DNA from: Hemiscyllium ocellatum
Taxonomy: Eukaryota
DNA: 64,000 nucleotides
Assembly: GCF_020745735.1 (NCBI RefSeq)
Contig: NC_083418.1
Span: 48,005,776 to 48,069,775, forward strand
Reading direction: 5' to 3'
Shown: piece by piece, positions 12,765 to 25,896 of the stretch
Position numbering within the stretch: the first letter of the stretch is position 1
How the letters are laid out: every line of letters starts with the position of its first letter
The notes under the pieces: generated by a model
Databases searched by the model: none
What the model saw: only the letters and a program-made list of their open reading frames with translations
Told to the model about the DNA's origin: nothing
Program-made: the position numbers and the translations under genes

Positions 12765-13670
12765 AACCTGGTCCATGGATAGCAATTTCTCCATTGAACC
12801 AGAAAATTATGGACTTCAGCCCAACTCCATGATTTGAGTATCTAATTTAGGCTGACAGCTCAGGACAGTACTGAAGCAATGTTAAACCATCAAAAGTGCC
12901 AACATGAGATATGAAACTGTGATTCCTTTTACTTATTCACCCAGAAGTATAAAATCCTGTTCTGGAGTACTAGACCGATTACAGTTCAGGGTGCCACACT
13001 ATAAGAAGGATGTGAATGCATTGGAGAGAATGCAGAAGATGTTTATGAGATAGTTCTAGAGATGAGACACTAACAGCTATGAGGAGAAGTAGGAGCAGCT
13101 GGGACTGCTTTCCTTGAAGATGGAAAGGTCAAGATGAAATTTGATAGAGGTTTTGAACATCATGAGGGTGAACCGGAAGAAATTATTCCCCTTTATAAAT
13201 GATTAAGAACCCAAGAGCACAGTTTTAAGGTGTTTTACAACAGAAGCAAAAGTGAACTGAGAAAGCACTTTTTTCCGACACTGAGTAGTTAGATTTGGAA
13301 TGCACTGCCTGGAATCTGTTAGAGACAGGTTCAGTTGAGGCATTCAAGATGATGCTTATTTAAATATAAACAATGTGCAGGATTTTGAGGAAAAGGCAGG
13401 TGAATGGCACTGAGTTAAAATGCTCAGAGAGCCAATGCAGACATGAAAGGTCAAATTACTTTCTTCTGGTAATTGATTCTGTGGTTCTGTGAAGTAACCA
13501 GCACTACCATTAACACTCATTTAGCTCACTTCATATTTTCTGAGGTCCCATGGATAAATTAGCTGCCATGTCTGCCTATGTAACAACAATAACAAATTGG
13601 ACTCCGAATGTAATTCATCAGCAACAAAGCATTTTAGGACACTGATGATACAAAAGGTACTTATATTAAA
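12765..13670 (+). mobile_element. SacSINE1/DeuSINE-like SINE interrupted by a CR1
   Basis: Head and Deu domain at 12765-12960 (taatttaggctgacagctcaggacagtactgaag); tail resumes at ~13495-13670. Confidence 0.55.
12960..13492 (+). mobile_element. CR1 LINE 3' fragment
   Basis: ORF2 C-terminal remnants (LEY...PHYKKDVNALERMQK; WNALP) and 3' tail gattctgtggttctgtg. Confidence 0.8.
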
Positions 13671-13671
13671 A

Positions 13672-13857
13672 ATAAAATCAAAGTACTGCAGCTACTGGAG
13701 ATCGGAAATAAAAACAGAAAATGCTGGAAAAACTCAGGTCTGCAGAGAAACACAGAGTTAATGTTTTGAGTCCAATATGACACTTCTTCAGAATTGAGTT
13801 AACTCTGTTTCTCTCTGGCAGACTTGTTGAGTTTCTCCAAAAACTCTGTTTTCTTAC
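13672..13857. mobile_element. Penelope-like palindromic repeat
   Basis: Inverted arms; minus-strand CTGAAGA-A-GTGTC-ATATTG-GACTC-AAAA-CA-TT. Confidence 0.65.
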
Positions 13858-14134
13858 ATTAAAAAAGTTACTTTTTCTATATACACAAGCAAATTTCTCA
13901 TGCGACAAGGCACAGTCTAGTTTTCAAGTGCAAGATTCAAAGATAGGGCCTAAGGTTGTCATAATTTAGAAGTTATAAACTATCATTCCATTTAAATAAT
14001 ATTTAGATTTGATGTTAATATTTACAATGTAAAAGCAAGAGTCAAGTCAGTTTAGGAAAGAGAGAAGTAAGGCAAGGATAAAGTTTCCATAGTCCCAGAG
14101 AATGTACGGTTGCTCTCTCTTGTTAGAGGTAAGA

Positions 14135-14968
14135 CCAGAAGACCATATCAGCAGAAATTAGGCCATTCAGACCACAGAGTATGTTCCACCATTCAATCAT
14201 GGCTGATAGGTCTTTCAAACCCATTTCCCACTTTCTCCCTATAAACTTTGATCCCCTTGGCAATCAAGAACTTATCGATCTCTGTCTTAAATATACTCAA
14301 TGATCTTGCCTCTGCGGCAATGAATTCCACAGATTCACCATTCTCTGGCTACAGAAGTTTCTCCTCATCTACATTCTAAAGGGACTTCCCTTTACTCTAA
14401 AGCTCTACATCCTCGGGTCCCCATCTCTCCTGCCAATGGAAACATCTTCCCAACATCCGCTCTGTCCAGGCCGGTCAGTATTCTGTAAAGTTCAATCATA
14501 TCACCCCGCATCCTTCTAAACTTCATCGAGTATAGTCCCAGAGTCCTCAAACATTCCTCATATGTTAAGCCTTTCATTCCTGGGATCATTCTCATGAACC
14601 TCCTCTGGAGCTACCCCACGGCCAATACATCCTTCCTGAGGTATGGGGCCCAGAATTGCTCACAATGCTCTAAATGTGGTCTTATAAAGCCTCAGAAGTA
14701 CATACATCCCTGCTTTTATATTCTAGTCCTCTCGAGATGAATGACAACATTGTATGTGCCTTCCTAATTATCAACTCAATCTGCAAGTCTACCTTAACAT
14801 GATCTTGGACTCAAACTCCCAAGTCCCATTGTACTCCAGATTTCTGAATTTTCTTCCCACTTAGAAAATAGTCCATGCCTCTATTATTCCTTCCAAACTG
14901 CATGAGCTCATACTTTCCCACACTGTACTTCATCTGCCACTTCTTAGCCCACTCTCCTAACCTGTCTA
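14135..14968 (-). mobile_element. CR1 LINE 3' fragment
   Basis: ORF 14392-14595 RMIPGMKGLTYEECLRTLGLYSMKFRRMRGDMIE is CR1 ORF2 C-terminus. It appears to split an older SINE (14080-14134 and 14970-15070). Confidence 0.88.
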
Positions 14969-15789
14969 ATAGATAACTGTTGGTAGTTTAACTGGAGGGT
15001 CACCATGCCTCAGGAGAGGGGTGACTTTTAGAAGGTAAGACCTCCATGGTAAATTCAGCTGATGCAGGTTTCATGCAAACAGAGAAGGAGAACATTTTGG
15101 AAAATAAAATTTCTCGACTGAGGTACAGAAATGTGGTATTAGAACATTGGCAGTGGCAGGAGAAAACAACTATACTGTGACAAGTTTTTGTACCCAAGTT
15201 GCCATTCCAAAAATGGACATCGAGTTCTATAACAGAAAAAGCTGACACAGAGTGTAATGAGGATACAACAATGGAAAGTAAAGTGTTATAAACAGGAGTC
15301 ATACTCAAGTGTGAGATTTTGAGTGTACTTTTCAGCGTGGGCACCTGTGACTTTGTACAAAGGGAATCTAGTTTTGTTGTTATCTCTTTTAAATAAAGTG
15401 AGGTCTGGTTTAAAATAAGTGGATAATTAATTCAATACATTGGACATAATTCATCTTCCACTTTAAAGTTATTTCTGTTCTTATCTTTGTATTTTTCCAT
15501 TGATGGTTTAGCAATATTTCCACTGAAAAGTGTCATTGCAAACTCAAGTAGGTAGTTTCAATTCTAAATCTCAATATAGTTTTATAAACAATTGATGGAG
15601 AGCATAGATGTTAGTTTTTTTGTTTACTCTAGATAAAACTAAGGTAGTGCATATTATTTATGCATTTACAGTATGATAATATTTGCAATACAACTTCAGC
15701 GGTGTTATAGGATTTGCTCACGTTCCAGTTTCCTTGTAAGGGATGTTATCGATTCAAGTCCAATAGATTTGTTATTAGCCAAATCCAAA

Positions 15790-16122
15790 GAAAGAACCTG
15801 CATTTACATAGCAATTTTATTACCGTAGGCAATCATAAAGCATTTTACTATCAATCAACTATAATCTGAACTGCAGATACTGTTGTAACACAGAAAAGCA
15901 AAGAACCAACCTGAGCATTGAGAGCTCCCACAAAAACAATAACAACTAAGCAGGTAATCAATGTTAGTGATTGAGGAAAAAATATGCACAAGGAAACCAA
16001 AGAGAATTCTCCTGTTCTTGTGGGAACCTTCAGTTTACCATCTCATCTGAAAGACAGCAACTCCAATAGTGGAGCCCACCTTCAAAACTACATTGAAGTG
16101 TCAGCATAGAATTTGAGCTGAA
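15790..16122 (-). mobile_element. SacSINE1/DeuSINE-like SINE
   Basis: Reverse Deu-domain motif catctcatctgaaagacagcaactccaatagtggagc and tail aagaacctgcatttacatagc. Confidence 0.6.
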
Positions 16123-16124
16123 CT

Positions 16125-16690
16125 GGAGGGTTTTCAGTTTTGTGCTGGAACGCTGATGTCAGGGTTAAAGAGGTTAAATGTTGCACGGTGTGGGATTTTC
16201 CTCAAATTAGCCAATTAATGGCTAGAGATCAGACTTGCTATTCACATAAAGACAGTGGCTAGGCTCTCAAAAGTAGACAGCCAATAGGAGACAATCCAGT
16301 TCCATTGGAAGGAGAAATCTGTTTTCCAGATAAGACATATAGTACTCTCATGATGGAGTCCCCATTTGTCCAACTTTTTAAAACTTATAAATAAAAGGTG
16401 CCCTCAGTCGGCCACCACTATGGACAGGGAAGCCAGTATGGGGAAAACCTGCCTGGAGTGTCACCATCTTCTTTCAGCCCCATTCTCCCACTGGGAGGGT
16501 CCCTCCAGAAGAGGGAACTAGTCCCTGATACCTTTTGGCCTCTGACAGTGGGCCTGAGGTGGCTATTAAAGTCCAATAATTATTACCACTAATATTGCAA
16601 ACAGCTAGCCCAGCTCTCTGCCATCTGCTTCTCAGAAAATAGTCTGGGCCATGACAGTGCCAACAAACCGGAAAACTTCCATTACATGGA
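16125..16690. mobile_element. Degenerate GC-richer MITE-like repeat
   Basis: Similar composition and motifs to 270-886 and 63714-63930. Confidence 0.3.
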
Positions 16691-16844
16691 TTTTCACAGT
16701 TGTCGCTGTCTCTGCACTCGACCCAAGCTGGAGTTGAAACTCCTTTCCAACATCTCTGGAATGGGATGTGAGAATGTTCCTACAGAGTTAAAGACAACAC
16801 AATTCTGCATGTAAAAACAGAAAACACTGGAGATACATGTTTCA

Positions 16845-17070
16845 CCAACCTGTAAGTTCCCCTCCAAGCCACTCACCACCCAGACTTGGAAATATATTGC
16901 CATTCCTTCAGTGTCATCAGGTCAAATTTGTAGAACTCCCAACTGAATGGCATTGTGAGTCCACCTATACCAAATGGACTGCAGTGGTTCAAGAAGGGAG
17001 CTCATCACCACCTTCTCAAGGATGACTAGGGATGCACAAATGCTGACCAGCCAGCAATAACTGTATCATA
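16845..17070 (+). mobile_element. 3' end of CR1/L2-group LINE (same family as 50283-52760)
   Basis: cctccaagccactcaccacccagacttggaaatatattgcc is the reverse complement of ~50455-50500. Confidence 0.75.
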
Positions 17071-17071
17071 G

Positions 17072-17249
17072 AAGTAAAAACAGCTCAGTAAGTTTGGCAG
17101 CATCTGCAGAGAGAGAAACAGTGCTAATATTTTGAGTTCTGAAGAGTCATATTGGACTCAAAACATTAATGCTGTTTCTCTTTCCACAGATGACATTCTG
17201 AGTATTGCCAGCATTTTCAGTTGCTGTGTTTGACTTCCCATCTACAGTA
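17072..17249. mobile_element. Penelope-like palindromic repeat
   Basis: Inverted arms around gttCTGAAGAgtcatattggactcAAAAcatt. Confidence 0.65.
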
Positions 17250-17536
17250 GATTAGATTACCTACAGTGTGGAAACAGGCACTTCAGCCCAACCAGTTCAC
17301 ACTGACCGTCCAGAGAGTAACCCACCCCCCCCTCTGATTAATGCACCTTACACTATGGGCAATTTAGCATGGCCAATTCACCTGACCTGCACACCTTTGG
17401 ACTATGGGAGGAAACCCACGCAGACACAGGGAGAATGTGCAAACTCCACACAGTCAGACACCCAAGGCTAGAATCGAACCTGGGACCCTGGTGCTGTGAG
17501 GCAGCAGTGCTAACCACTGAGCCACCATGCCACCCT
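17250..17536 (-). mobile_element. HE1-type V-SINE
   Basis: Reverse of 56931-57243: tRNA-derived head with A/B boxes, V-domain (gtgtggagtttgcacattctccc), CR1-derived tail. Confidence 0.9.
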
Positions 17537-19329
17537 GCAAAGTATGTTGCTTTTACTCAATTCTGCATGTTTGATAATATCATTAAATGTCTTCGTGGCT
17601 CCAAAATATCGAGCTCTGCTTTTTATGAAATTTCGAGGGTTGTATTGGTACATACAACATATAATTAGCATGTCAAATGAAAAGACACATTTTGGATATG
17701 CAAATTACAATTCAAAATGTGATATTGCTGTAGAAATTAGAAACTGTAGGTCCTAACTTTACAACAGTAGAAAAATACAACTGGCTTTAGAATATCATAT
17801 TGATGACTAGTATTCATTATTTCTAATTTACACGCATCAGTTTAACAAGTCCATGTAACTGGAGCCCCATAAGTCATATCTTTATGAAAATCTAGATACA
17901 GTGACCAATAGGTTAAATCTAATCATGGTTGAAATATAATTTCACCTAAAAAAGACTTCAATTTATTAAATACAATTTATTTTCTTACATCACATTTTTT
18001 CTTACTTTTCCAAACTAGAATCTTGTTTAAATTATTTAATAAACACCATATACGGTCATTCAAATACTGAGTGGGTTTGACTTTATTTTAATATAAATTT
18101 ATTTTAATGCTTTTAGAAGGGAATCTTTATTTTCTGGGGTGTGCAAGGGGTTGGGGCAAAGGGAGGAGTTGTTAAAGCAACTGAAATAACATAAACTTGT
18201 GAAAATCTTGAATGAAGATGATAATTAACATTGGATCTTCAAATGCAATTCAATGTTATTGTATTACAAAAATGTAAATATTGCATTTAGCTCCTTTCAC
18301 CTTTCTTGCTCTTTCTGTTCACTGATTTTAGCAAACAGCTAATTCCTACTTTTATACTCAACACATCAAATTATCCTTTTACTCTTGCACTGATCAAAAC
18401 AGGAAAGTAAAAGCTTTGCTCAAGCATTGTCTTCACAGCTGAATGAGACAAACATTATCAAATCCTGCCAAATGAACAAAGCTCACGGGTTTAAAGAAAT
18501 TGTGTGGTTTGGCAAACTAACAGTTAAAAAATTAATTCAGCATCATTTTACAATCTAGGGATTTATCAGTTAAAAACTCAAACTGAAGTACCTTAACCTT
18601 GCTCCAAGCTGAATTAATGATGTCACTCTAGGGTGATTAATTATTTTTAAATAGTTCCTGCCTTTCACACAGCGTTTGACGAGCATGATGTTAAATATTC
18701 TATCACACCTGCTTTGTATCTCAAAGTGGCTGCCATCAATAACCCACAGTAGTCTCCTTGATTATTGTTAAGCATTTTAAGAAATTTTGCATTCAGAGGG
18801 TGCCAACCATTGCAAAAAGAACTTCCATCTTCCCTGGGTAATAGCAAAGCTGAAAGAGTTACACACAGTGGAAACTGCAAATACTGCACTGGCATTACTC
18901 TCCATTACAGAACTGCTTTCCTCTCCCTCCTTTTGTTTAGAATCAAATTGTCAAAAGCTTTTTCAAACATATTGTAAAGTCTTCATACTTATCATGACAG
19001 TATTAGCGTAGTTACTAAATTTTTCCTTCATTCCAACAATGCTGCCACTCATGATGTTGTATTCTGGCCGCAGCAGGATCGCATTTGACTTTAGTGTGTT
19101 CTTTCCTTACTAATTGATTTTGACACATATAAACCAACTAAATAAGGAGTAGCTATGAACCTGCAGAATGATTTTGTCTGACTTTATGACATTTCATTCG
19201 TGCATGCACTATTAACTCTTTCCCTGTCAACTGAGCTGGAAAGATTCCAAAAGTTGATTTGTTAAAAAAAAGATTTTCCGTCATACCTCATTTATACATA
19301 ATTATATATAACTTGATGAAGCCACTGTG

Positions 19330-19886
19330 GTCTTTTTCAACCAAACTCCGAATCTGACAAATAGACTTTTTGACTTGCTGATCATTCTTACTAGATACTC
19401 AGAACTGTTCATTGCTATTTCAAAAAAGAAAACAGTTCCTTCCTTATCTCCAGCAAGTTGGAGCTCCAGGGCAGTATTCTCCATAGAGGGTCCAACATCC
19501 AGTGCTGGATGACAAAAACTTCCTCCAATGAAATATTGGAAAACTGAGCAATCTTCTTCGAGCCTTATCACACGCTCCATTCTCTAGCTGCTGACTCAAT
19601 CCTTCTCCTTTACAACAATCTAGGCCAGACTATTGACAATATTGGTGTTGCATTTGACACAGGGTTAAGCTTCTAACCACATATCTTTCTCATCATAAGA
19701 TTGTTCCTCCACTTCTGTAGTATTGTTTGAATCTACTCCACTATTTGAATGAGCTCCTAGCTGATTTCCTAATTTTTTATAAATTAATGTTCAACAAAAA
19801 CTTCACTCCAAAATTCCCGTTTGTCTATCAACTCTGAGCTAGCTATCTAATTTTTGCTCCCACTTGAGCGACACTTCAATTTTAAC
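19330..19886 (+). mobile_element. L2-like LINE fragment (upstream part; resumes at ~26000-26565)
   Basis: Remnants of IQCWM..NFLQxNIGKTE and NIGVAFD typical of the L2 ORF2 C-terminal half. Confidence 0.6.
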
Positions 19887-20518
19887 TGTGATAGACCAGA
19901 CCAAACCCACCCAAAATATATGAAGGAGATAGCCTAGACCCTAACATTTTCTTATTTTAAAGGCAAGTGCCAGACATTGTGTTCCAGATGCAATTAAATT
20001 GGTCAAATCATCAGGCTTAAAGCAAAACACACTTTATTCATACTTCATTCATAGCTGAGATACAATAAAAAAAGGAATGAACTTGACTCTATTAGAAAAC
20101 AGAATAATAGATTATTTAACTACTAAACAATAACTCTTCCGATGTAGTAACATCCTATAAACACACCCTTTGCAAAGACAAATTCAGTAAAGTAGATTGT
20201 CTGTGTAATTCCAGCAGAAGGGAGAGAACCTCAGCCTTTAGTTGTAATAGAGAAAGGAATAAGAGCTTCACATCCAGCTTCAAGAAACTCCAGCACAATA
20301 GCTACTGAAAGTTAAAACTAAAAGGAAAAATCCTGGTTCTGTGGGAGCTTGACACCACCCATTCAGGGTGCTTCCAATGTTCCAACTTTAAAAAAAAACC
20401 TACGGCCTTGCAAGCTCCTTACTTTTTGACTTTGCAGCAGACTGCTCATCACCTCTGTCTCAACATTTTTTCATAACAAAAGAACAAGTACACCTGTTAA
20501 AGCCATAGTGTCATCATA
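19887..20518 (-). repeat. 3' LTR
   Basis: Direct repeat of 25231-25896 (shared aagcaaaacacactttattcatac, gattatttaactactaaa, aagccatagt). Minus-strand AATAAA at ~20033. Confidence 0.9.
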
Positions 20519-20619
20519 CCTGAAAAAAATGAACCATCAACATACAAAGACAGTTTCATTTTGAAAAATTTACACTCTTAGTATAATATGATATGTATAA
20601 TTACATTGACTCTAAGCCA

Positions 20620-22690
20620 ACTTATTATTTGTGCCAACTTCAGAGGGTTAAGTCTTTAAGGATGTTGTTTAAGTGGAATGGCATTTCCTCTATCTACATC
20701 ATATGTAATTAGTTGAGTACTTCCCAACTTATTCAGATATATCTTCCCATGTGACTATAATTAGTCTTTCAGATTGTTTTGATTTTTCTCTAGAAGATAA
20801 CTCAATAATTTACCCTAATTTTTTGAGAACTTCCTCATTGTCCAATTTAATTTAAGAAATGTCCAATACAGAATCATCTGAACTTGGTTCTTCATTCTAT
20901 GTAGTAACCAATAACATATTCTCCTTTTGCTTTCCTTCCCTATCAAAATACCTTTTGAGCATATTCACAATACAGAGTTTGTGAGATTTCTTTCTATCTG
21001 GTGTTCTTATCAAATAATTCAACTCACTGAATTTCCTTTTGATTTTATAAAACCCACTAAACATTGCCTTTGAAGGCTCAACTACCACTGGGTATAATAC
21101 TATCTCCACTATTAATGTTAGGAAATTTTGGTTTCTTGTCTGTTTCCTGTTTTCATCACATGCTGTGCTACTGTTAAATGCTATCTAGCCACCTATCACC
21201 CACTTTATTTAACTTTTCCCTACAATTTGCCACATAGTCTAAATATGTGATCTCTGAATTCTGACTCACTAATTTCTCCTTAATTAATTTCATTAGTCCT
21301 CTCACCTCAAGCTCAAAACTTAGTTCAAGTAGACAAATTTAGTTGATTCATTAGGTGCATCCTTAATTGCAACAAGTACAAATGGGATTCCTTTATACCA
21401 ATCCTCCGGATAGTCTTGACTACAAGCCCTCAGCATAAGCCCTTTAAAAGTTTGATGCCACCATTCTAATGCTCCCAGCAATTTTGGATGGTATGCAGTG
21501 GATTTGAATGATTTTACTCCTAAGCTATCCATAACTTCCTTGAAATATTTTGATATACGGTTTGACCCTGGATCTGATTGTATTTCTGTGGATAGTTTGT
21601 ATCTAGTAAAAAAAAAATTGAACATTTCTGCATCCTTTTAGACATGATACTATGTTATGTAATTACCTCTGGACACCTTGTAGACACATCCATTATGGTC
21701 AACAAATACTGATTCCTACTTTTTGTTTTGAGTTGGGATCCTACACAATCCATTAAGATTCTTGTAAATGGTTCCTCAAATATGGAGATGGAGATGGGAA
21801 TTAAGGGTGCTGTTTTATCACCGCTTGAGAATATCCAATTACCTCACACATATGACATGTCTGGCAAAGGTCAAATGTATCCTTATGCAGTCCAAGCCAA
21901 TAAAAATGGTTTTGTATTTTGGTTTGAATTTTCCTTACTGCCAAATGACCTCTGGCTGGTAATTCATGTACTACCCACAAGATCTCATTTCTATTACTCA
22001 CCAGTAGTATAACTTGAAGTTCTGCCCATATCTCATCTGCCTGAATGTATGATGATCTCCATTTCCTCATCAAGACTCCATTCTAGAATACGTTCAGATT
22101 CATTTTCTGTGTATGCTTATGATACAGCTGCTTTAGTTTTTCATCTTTCTGCTGTAATTCAACTAATTTGTCTAAATTTAAAATATTTACTTTGTCCTCC
22201 ACCTGTTCTTGTTTTTTTTCCTCAACCAGTTGATCAAACATAGGTTCTGATAATTGAGCTTCAACATCCTTATCTTTAGTCTTGGATTTCTCCTCCTGCT
22301 TCCACCTATGGCTTTGAGACCTTGTTACCACACAGGCAGGAAAATCCCAGGATATCCTTCCTGTAACACCTCAGTTTATTGATTTTTCACTGGCTTTTCA
22401 ACCACAGTAGGCATCACACCCACCTGTGATCCAGCATTTTTCGAAGGATAAACCAAAAGTTTTTCTATTACTCCTACCTTCACTACTCCAGTTTCACTTT
22501 TCACCAGACTCACTTTATATAATGGAACACTGCCCTTTCATGTTGAGTCCCACATATTACCACCTTTTCTGGTAATACTCCTTCTGAATTTTACATCTCC
22601 TCATCTTTCAAAGATAGACTTGCGCCCGTATCTTTTAAAATTTTAATTTCTTTACCTGCTCCTCCTGGCATATGTGAGTAAACATTGCCC
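20620..22690 (-). pseudogene. Gypsy pol remnant: protease, integrase (HHCC, core, GPY/F), then pre-RT linker
   Basis: ILKDTGAS (~22630); HELPARGHLAVRK...HFYW...CQTCHMC (21801-22073); IQSDPGSN...STAYHP (21320-21625); FSGFYKI...LCIVNMLKRY (20897-21109); YDVDRGNAIPLKQHP*RLNP (~20645-20705). Many stops and frameshifts. Confidence 0.88.
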
Positions 22691-22829
22691 ATGTAAGTAA
22701 ATTCTTTCAAGGGATCTGGCACTTTCTTCTTAATCAACCCCTTTTGCAGCTTTAAAACTTCCATTGTGCTTTTCTTTACCACTTCTAACACAATTCACTG
22801 TCTTATATTGCTTATCCACATCCGTCTTC

Positions 22830-25090
22830 ACAATACTTTTTCTAAGCCATCAACACTGCAACCTCACATGTCCTATTTCTTATGGTGAAAGTACCTGAGC
22901 TTTTTCTACTTCTCTTTCCCCTCATGGGTTTCTTTTTTACCCTGTGGTAAACTATCTTTACTATCTTCAATAAGATTTCCTTTTCACTTACCACCTGAAT
23001 ATTTCTCTTTTCCCCGATTTCTATCCCTCACAAATTAGAATTAATATCAGAAGCCAAACTTTGATTATGAACCAATTCTTAATCATAGGCCATTTCCACT
23101 GCTAGACTGGCACTCTTAACTCTCTAATCTTCTACAAAGGGTTCTCACGACTTCAGGAAATAAATTTTTGAACTCCTCCAAAATAATCGGCTCACTAAGA
23201 GCATCATACATTTGATCTGTTTTCAATGCCTTTCTCCACCTACCAAAATTACTTTGTTTGATCCTTCAAACTCTGTATACATTTGAGCAAGTTCCCTCCT
23301 TGCATTCCTGAAATGTTGTCTCATCAAACGCCCCAGATACCTACTTTGATAGTGTTGCAAATGCTTCACTAGCTCTACCTACCTGGATCAAAAATTTCAT
23401 TTGTTTAGCCAATTTATCAAATGAACTGATTAGAGATAGTCAATATGTCTTTGTATGTGGGAAATCATGTCTCATGAACTTGATTGAGTTTTTTGAAGAA
23501 GTAACAAAGAGGATTGATGAGGGCAGAGTGGTGGACGTGATCTATATGGACTTCAGTAAGGTTTTCGATAAGGTTCCCAAAGGGAGATTGGTTTGCAAGG
23601 TTAGATCTCATGAAATATAAGGAGAACTAGCCATTTGGACACAGAACTGGCTCAAAGGTAGAAGACACAGAGTGTGGTGATGAAGGATTGTTTTTCAGAC
23701 TGGAGGCCTAGGACCAGCATAGTGCCACAAGGATTGGTGCTGGATCCACTACTTTTTGTAATTTATATAAATGATTTGGATGTGAACATAGGAGGTATAG
23801 TTAGTAAGTTTGTAGATGACACCAAAATTGGAGGAGTAGTGGACAGCGAAGAAGGTTACCTCGGATTACAACAGGATCTTGATCAGATAAGCCAATGGGC
23901 TGAGGAATGACAGATGGAGTTTAATTTAGATAAATGCAAGGTGCTGTATTTTGGGATAGCAATCTTAGTAGGACTTGTGCACTTAATGGTAAGGTCCGAG
24001 GGAGTGTTGCTGGACGAAGAGAACTTGGAATGCAGGTTCATGACTCCTTGAAAGTGGAGTCACAGGTAGATAGGATAGTGAAGAAGGCATTTGGTATGCT
24101 TTCCTTTATTGGTCAGATATTGAGGAGTTGGGAGGTCACGTTGCGGCTGTACAGGACATCGTTTTGGCAACTTTTTGAATATTGCATGCAATTCTGTTCA
24201 CCTTCCTATAGGATTCAGAAAAAATTTACAAGGATGTTGCCAGCTTTAGAGGATTTGAGTTATAGGGAGAGACTGAACAGGCGGGGGAACCTCATAAAGG
24301 TTTATGAAATCATGAGGGGCATGGATAGGATAAATAGACAAGTTTGTTTCGCTGGGGTAAGGGAGTCCAGAACTAGAGGTTTAGGGCGAAAGGGGGAAAA
24401 TACAAAAAAGACATAAGAGCCAACTTCTTCACTCAGAAGGTGGTACATGTATGGAATGAGCTGCCAGAGGAAGTGGTGGAGGCTAGTACAATTGCAACAT
24501 TTAAAAGGTATCCCAATGGAGATATGAATAGGAAGGGTTTGGAGGGATATGGGCCAGGTACTGACAGGTGGGACTAGATTGGTTTGGGTTATCTGGTCGG
24601 CATGGACGAGTTAGACCAAAGGCTCTGTTTCCATGCTGTACATCTCTATGACTCCATGACTCTGAATAAAAAAGACTTCGACATCCTTCTCGTTTGACAA
24701 TGCTTGGACATACTTAAACAGATTCCCACTTGGCCTTTGGTAACGATGGGAGTACACTCCATCATGGTCCTCATCACTACTCCTACTTTTCAACTCTACC
24801 TCTGTTTCAAGTTGACTTTAAGTTTTCAGTTCCCACCTCTTTCTTCTGCTGGGGCCTTCCTTTCCTTTCCTTTTTTCTTTGCAATTGAATTTTAGCCATT
24901 TCCAAAGAGTGCAATGTTGTAAATGTTGAGCTATTTTGCAATTACCTCCCTTTTTTGTATGGACAAAGGCAACTCCAACTCCAGCTTGACTACCAAACCA
25001 AAAGCATTATCTTGCTCACCTTCTGTAAAACTCCCAAAGTGACTTCTTCCACCCCCAGGAAACTCTTAGTGACTGAAAGAGCCATTATTA
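22830..25090 (-). pseudogene. Gypsy gag remnant with SCAN-like capsid segment and decayed CCHC knuckle, split by a CR1
   Basis: EKDVEVFFI|SFDKLAKQMK rejoins across the CR1; YDALSEPIILEEFKNLFPEVVRT (~23140-23210); eroded zinc knuckle at ~22850-22900. Confidence 0.75.
23426..24663 (+). mobile_element. HER1/CR1 LINE (5'-truncated) inserted in Gypsy gag
   Basis: RT motifs YMDFSKVFDKVP, VPQGLVL, KFVDDTK; tail ctctatgactccatgactct. Confidence 0.95.
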
Positions 25091-25210
25091 CACAAGACAC
25101 ATCCTACTTAAGCCAACCAAATTCAACACCCAAAATGGGTACACCAACATTTAGCACTCACTGCCTTTGAGTCAAATAATCCTAAACCTAACGTGGAATT
25201 AAAAGTTTTG

Positions 25211-25228
25211 ATCCCAACAAGAGCCCCA
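25211..25228 (-). promoter_or_regulatory. Primer-binding site, tRNA-Pro-like
   Basis: Minus strand TGGGGCTCTTGTTGGGAT, just inside the 5' LTR, resembles the tRNA-Pro PBS TGGGGGCTCGTCCGGGAT. Confidence 0.7.
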
Positions 25229-25230
25229 GT

Positions 25231-25896
25231 TATTATGGATCAGACCAAAATGCCTTAAAATATATGAAAATAAACTACACCCTAACGTTTTCTTCTTTTA
25301 AAGTTTCAGCAAGTGCCAGGCATTGCTTTTCAGATGCAATTTGATTGGTCAAACTATCAGTCTTGAAGCAAAACACACTTTATTCATACACTATAGTTAA
25401 AATACAACAAAAGAAAGAAATTGGCATACCTTGACTCTATTGGAAAACGTAACAGAATAACAGATTATTTAACTACTAAATAGCAACTTTTCCATTATAG
25501 TAACATCCCACAAACACACATTTAGCAAAGGCAAATTCAGTAAAAGAGCTTGTCTACACGCAATTCTAGCAGCAGGAAGAGAAGCCTAGCTTTTAGCTGT
25601 AACAGAGAGAGGAATAAGAGCTCCACATCAGCTTCAAGACTCCAGCAACTGCTTCTAAAAGCTAAAACTGAAAAAAATCTGGGTTGTGTGGAAGCGTGCC
25701 TCCACCCATTCTGCAGTCCTCACTTCCACCTATTCAGACAGCTTCTATTATTCCAACTTTGAAACAAAACCCCAAGGCCTTTCAAGCTGTTGACTTTATT
25801 GGTTTGTAGCAGACTGCTCAGCACCTCTGTCTCTAACTTCCTTCTTAAGAAAAGGACAAGGCAAAATACATCTCTTCAAGCCATAGTATCATTACA
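25231..25896 (-). repeat. 5' LTR
   Basis: Direct repeat of 19887-20518, adjacent to the PBS. Confidence 0.9.

Larger units (their letters stand above)
19887..25896 (-). mobile_element. Decayed Gmr1-like Gypsy LTR retrotransposon (gag-PR-IN, RT/RNase H missing)
   Basis: Paired LTRs, outer TG...CA ends, 4-bp TSD TAAC (19883-19886, 25897-25900), tRNA-Pro-like PBS, protease ILKDTGAS, integrase HHCC/core/GPY-F motifs. Confidence 0.92.
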
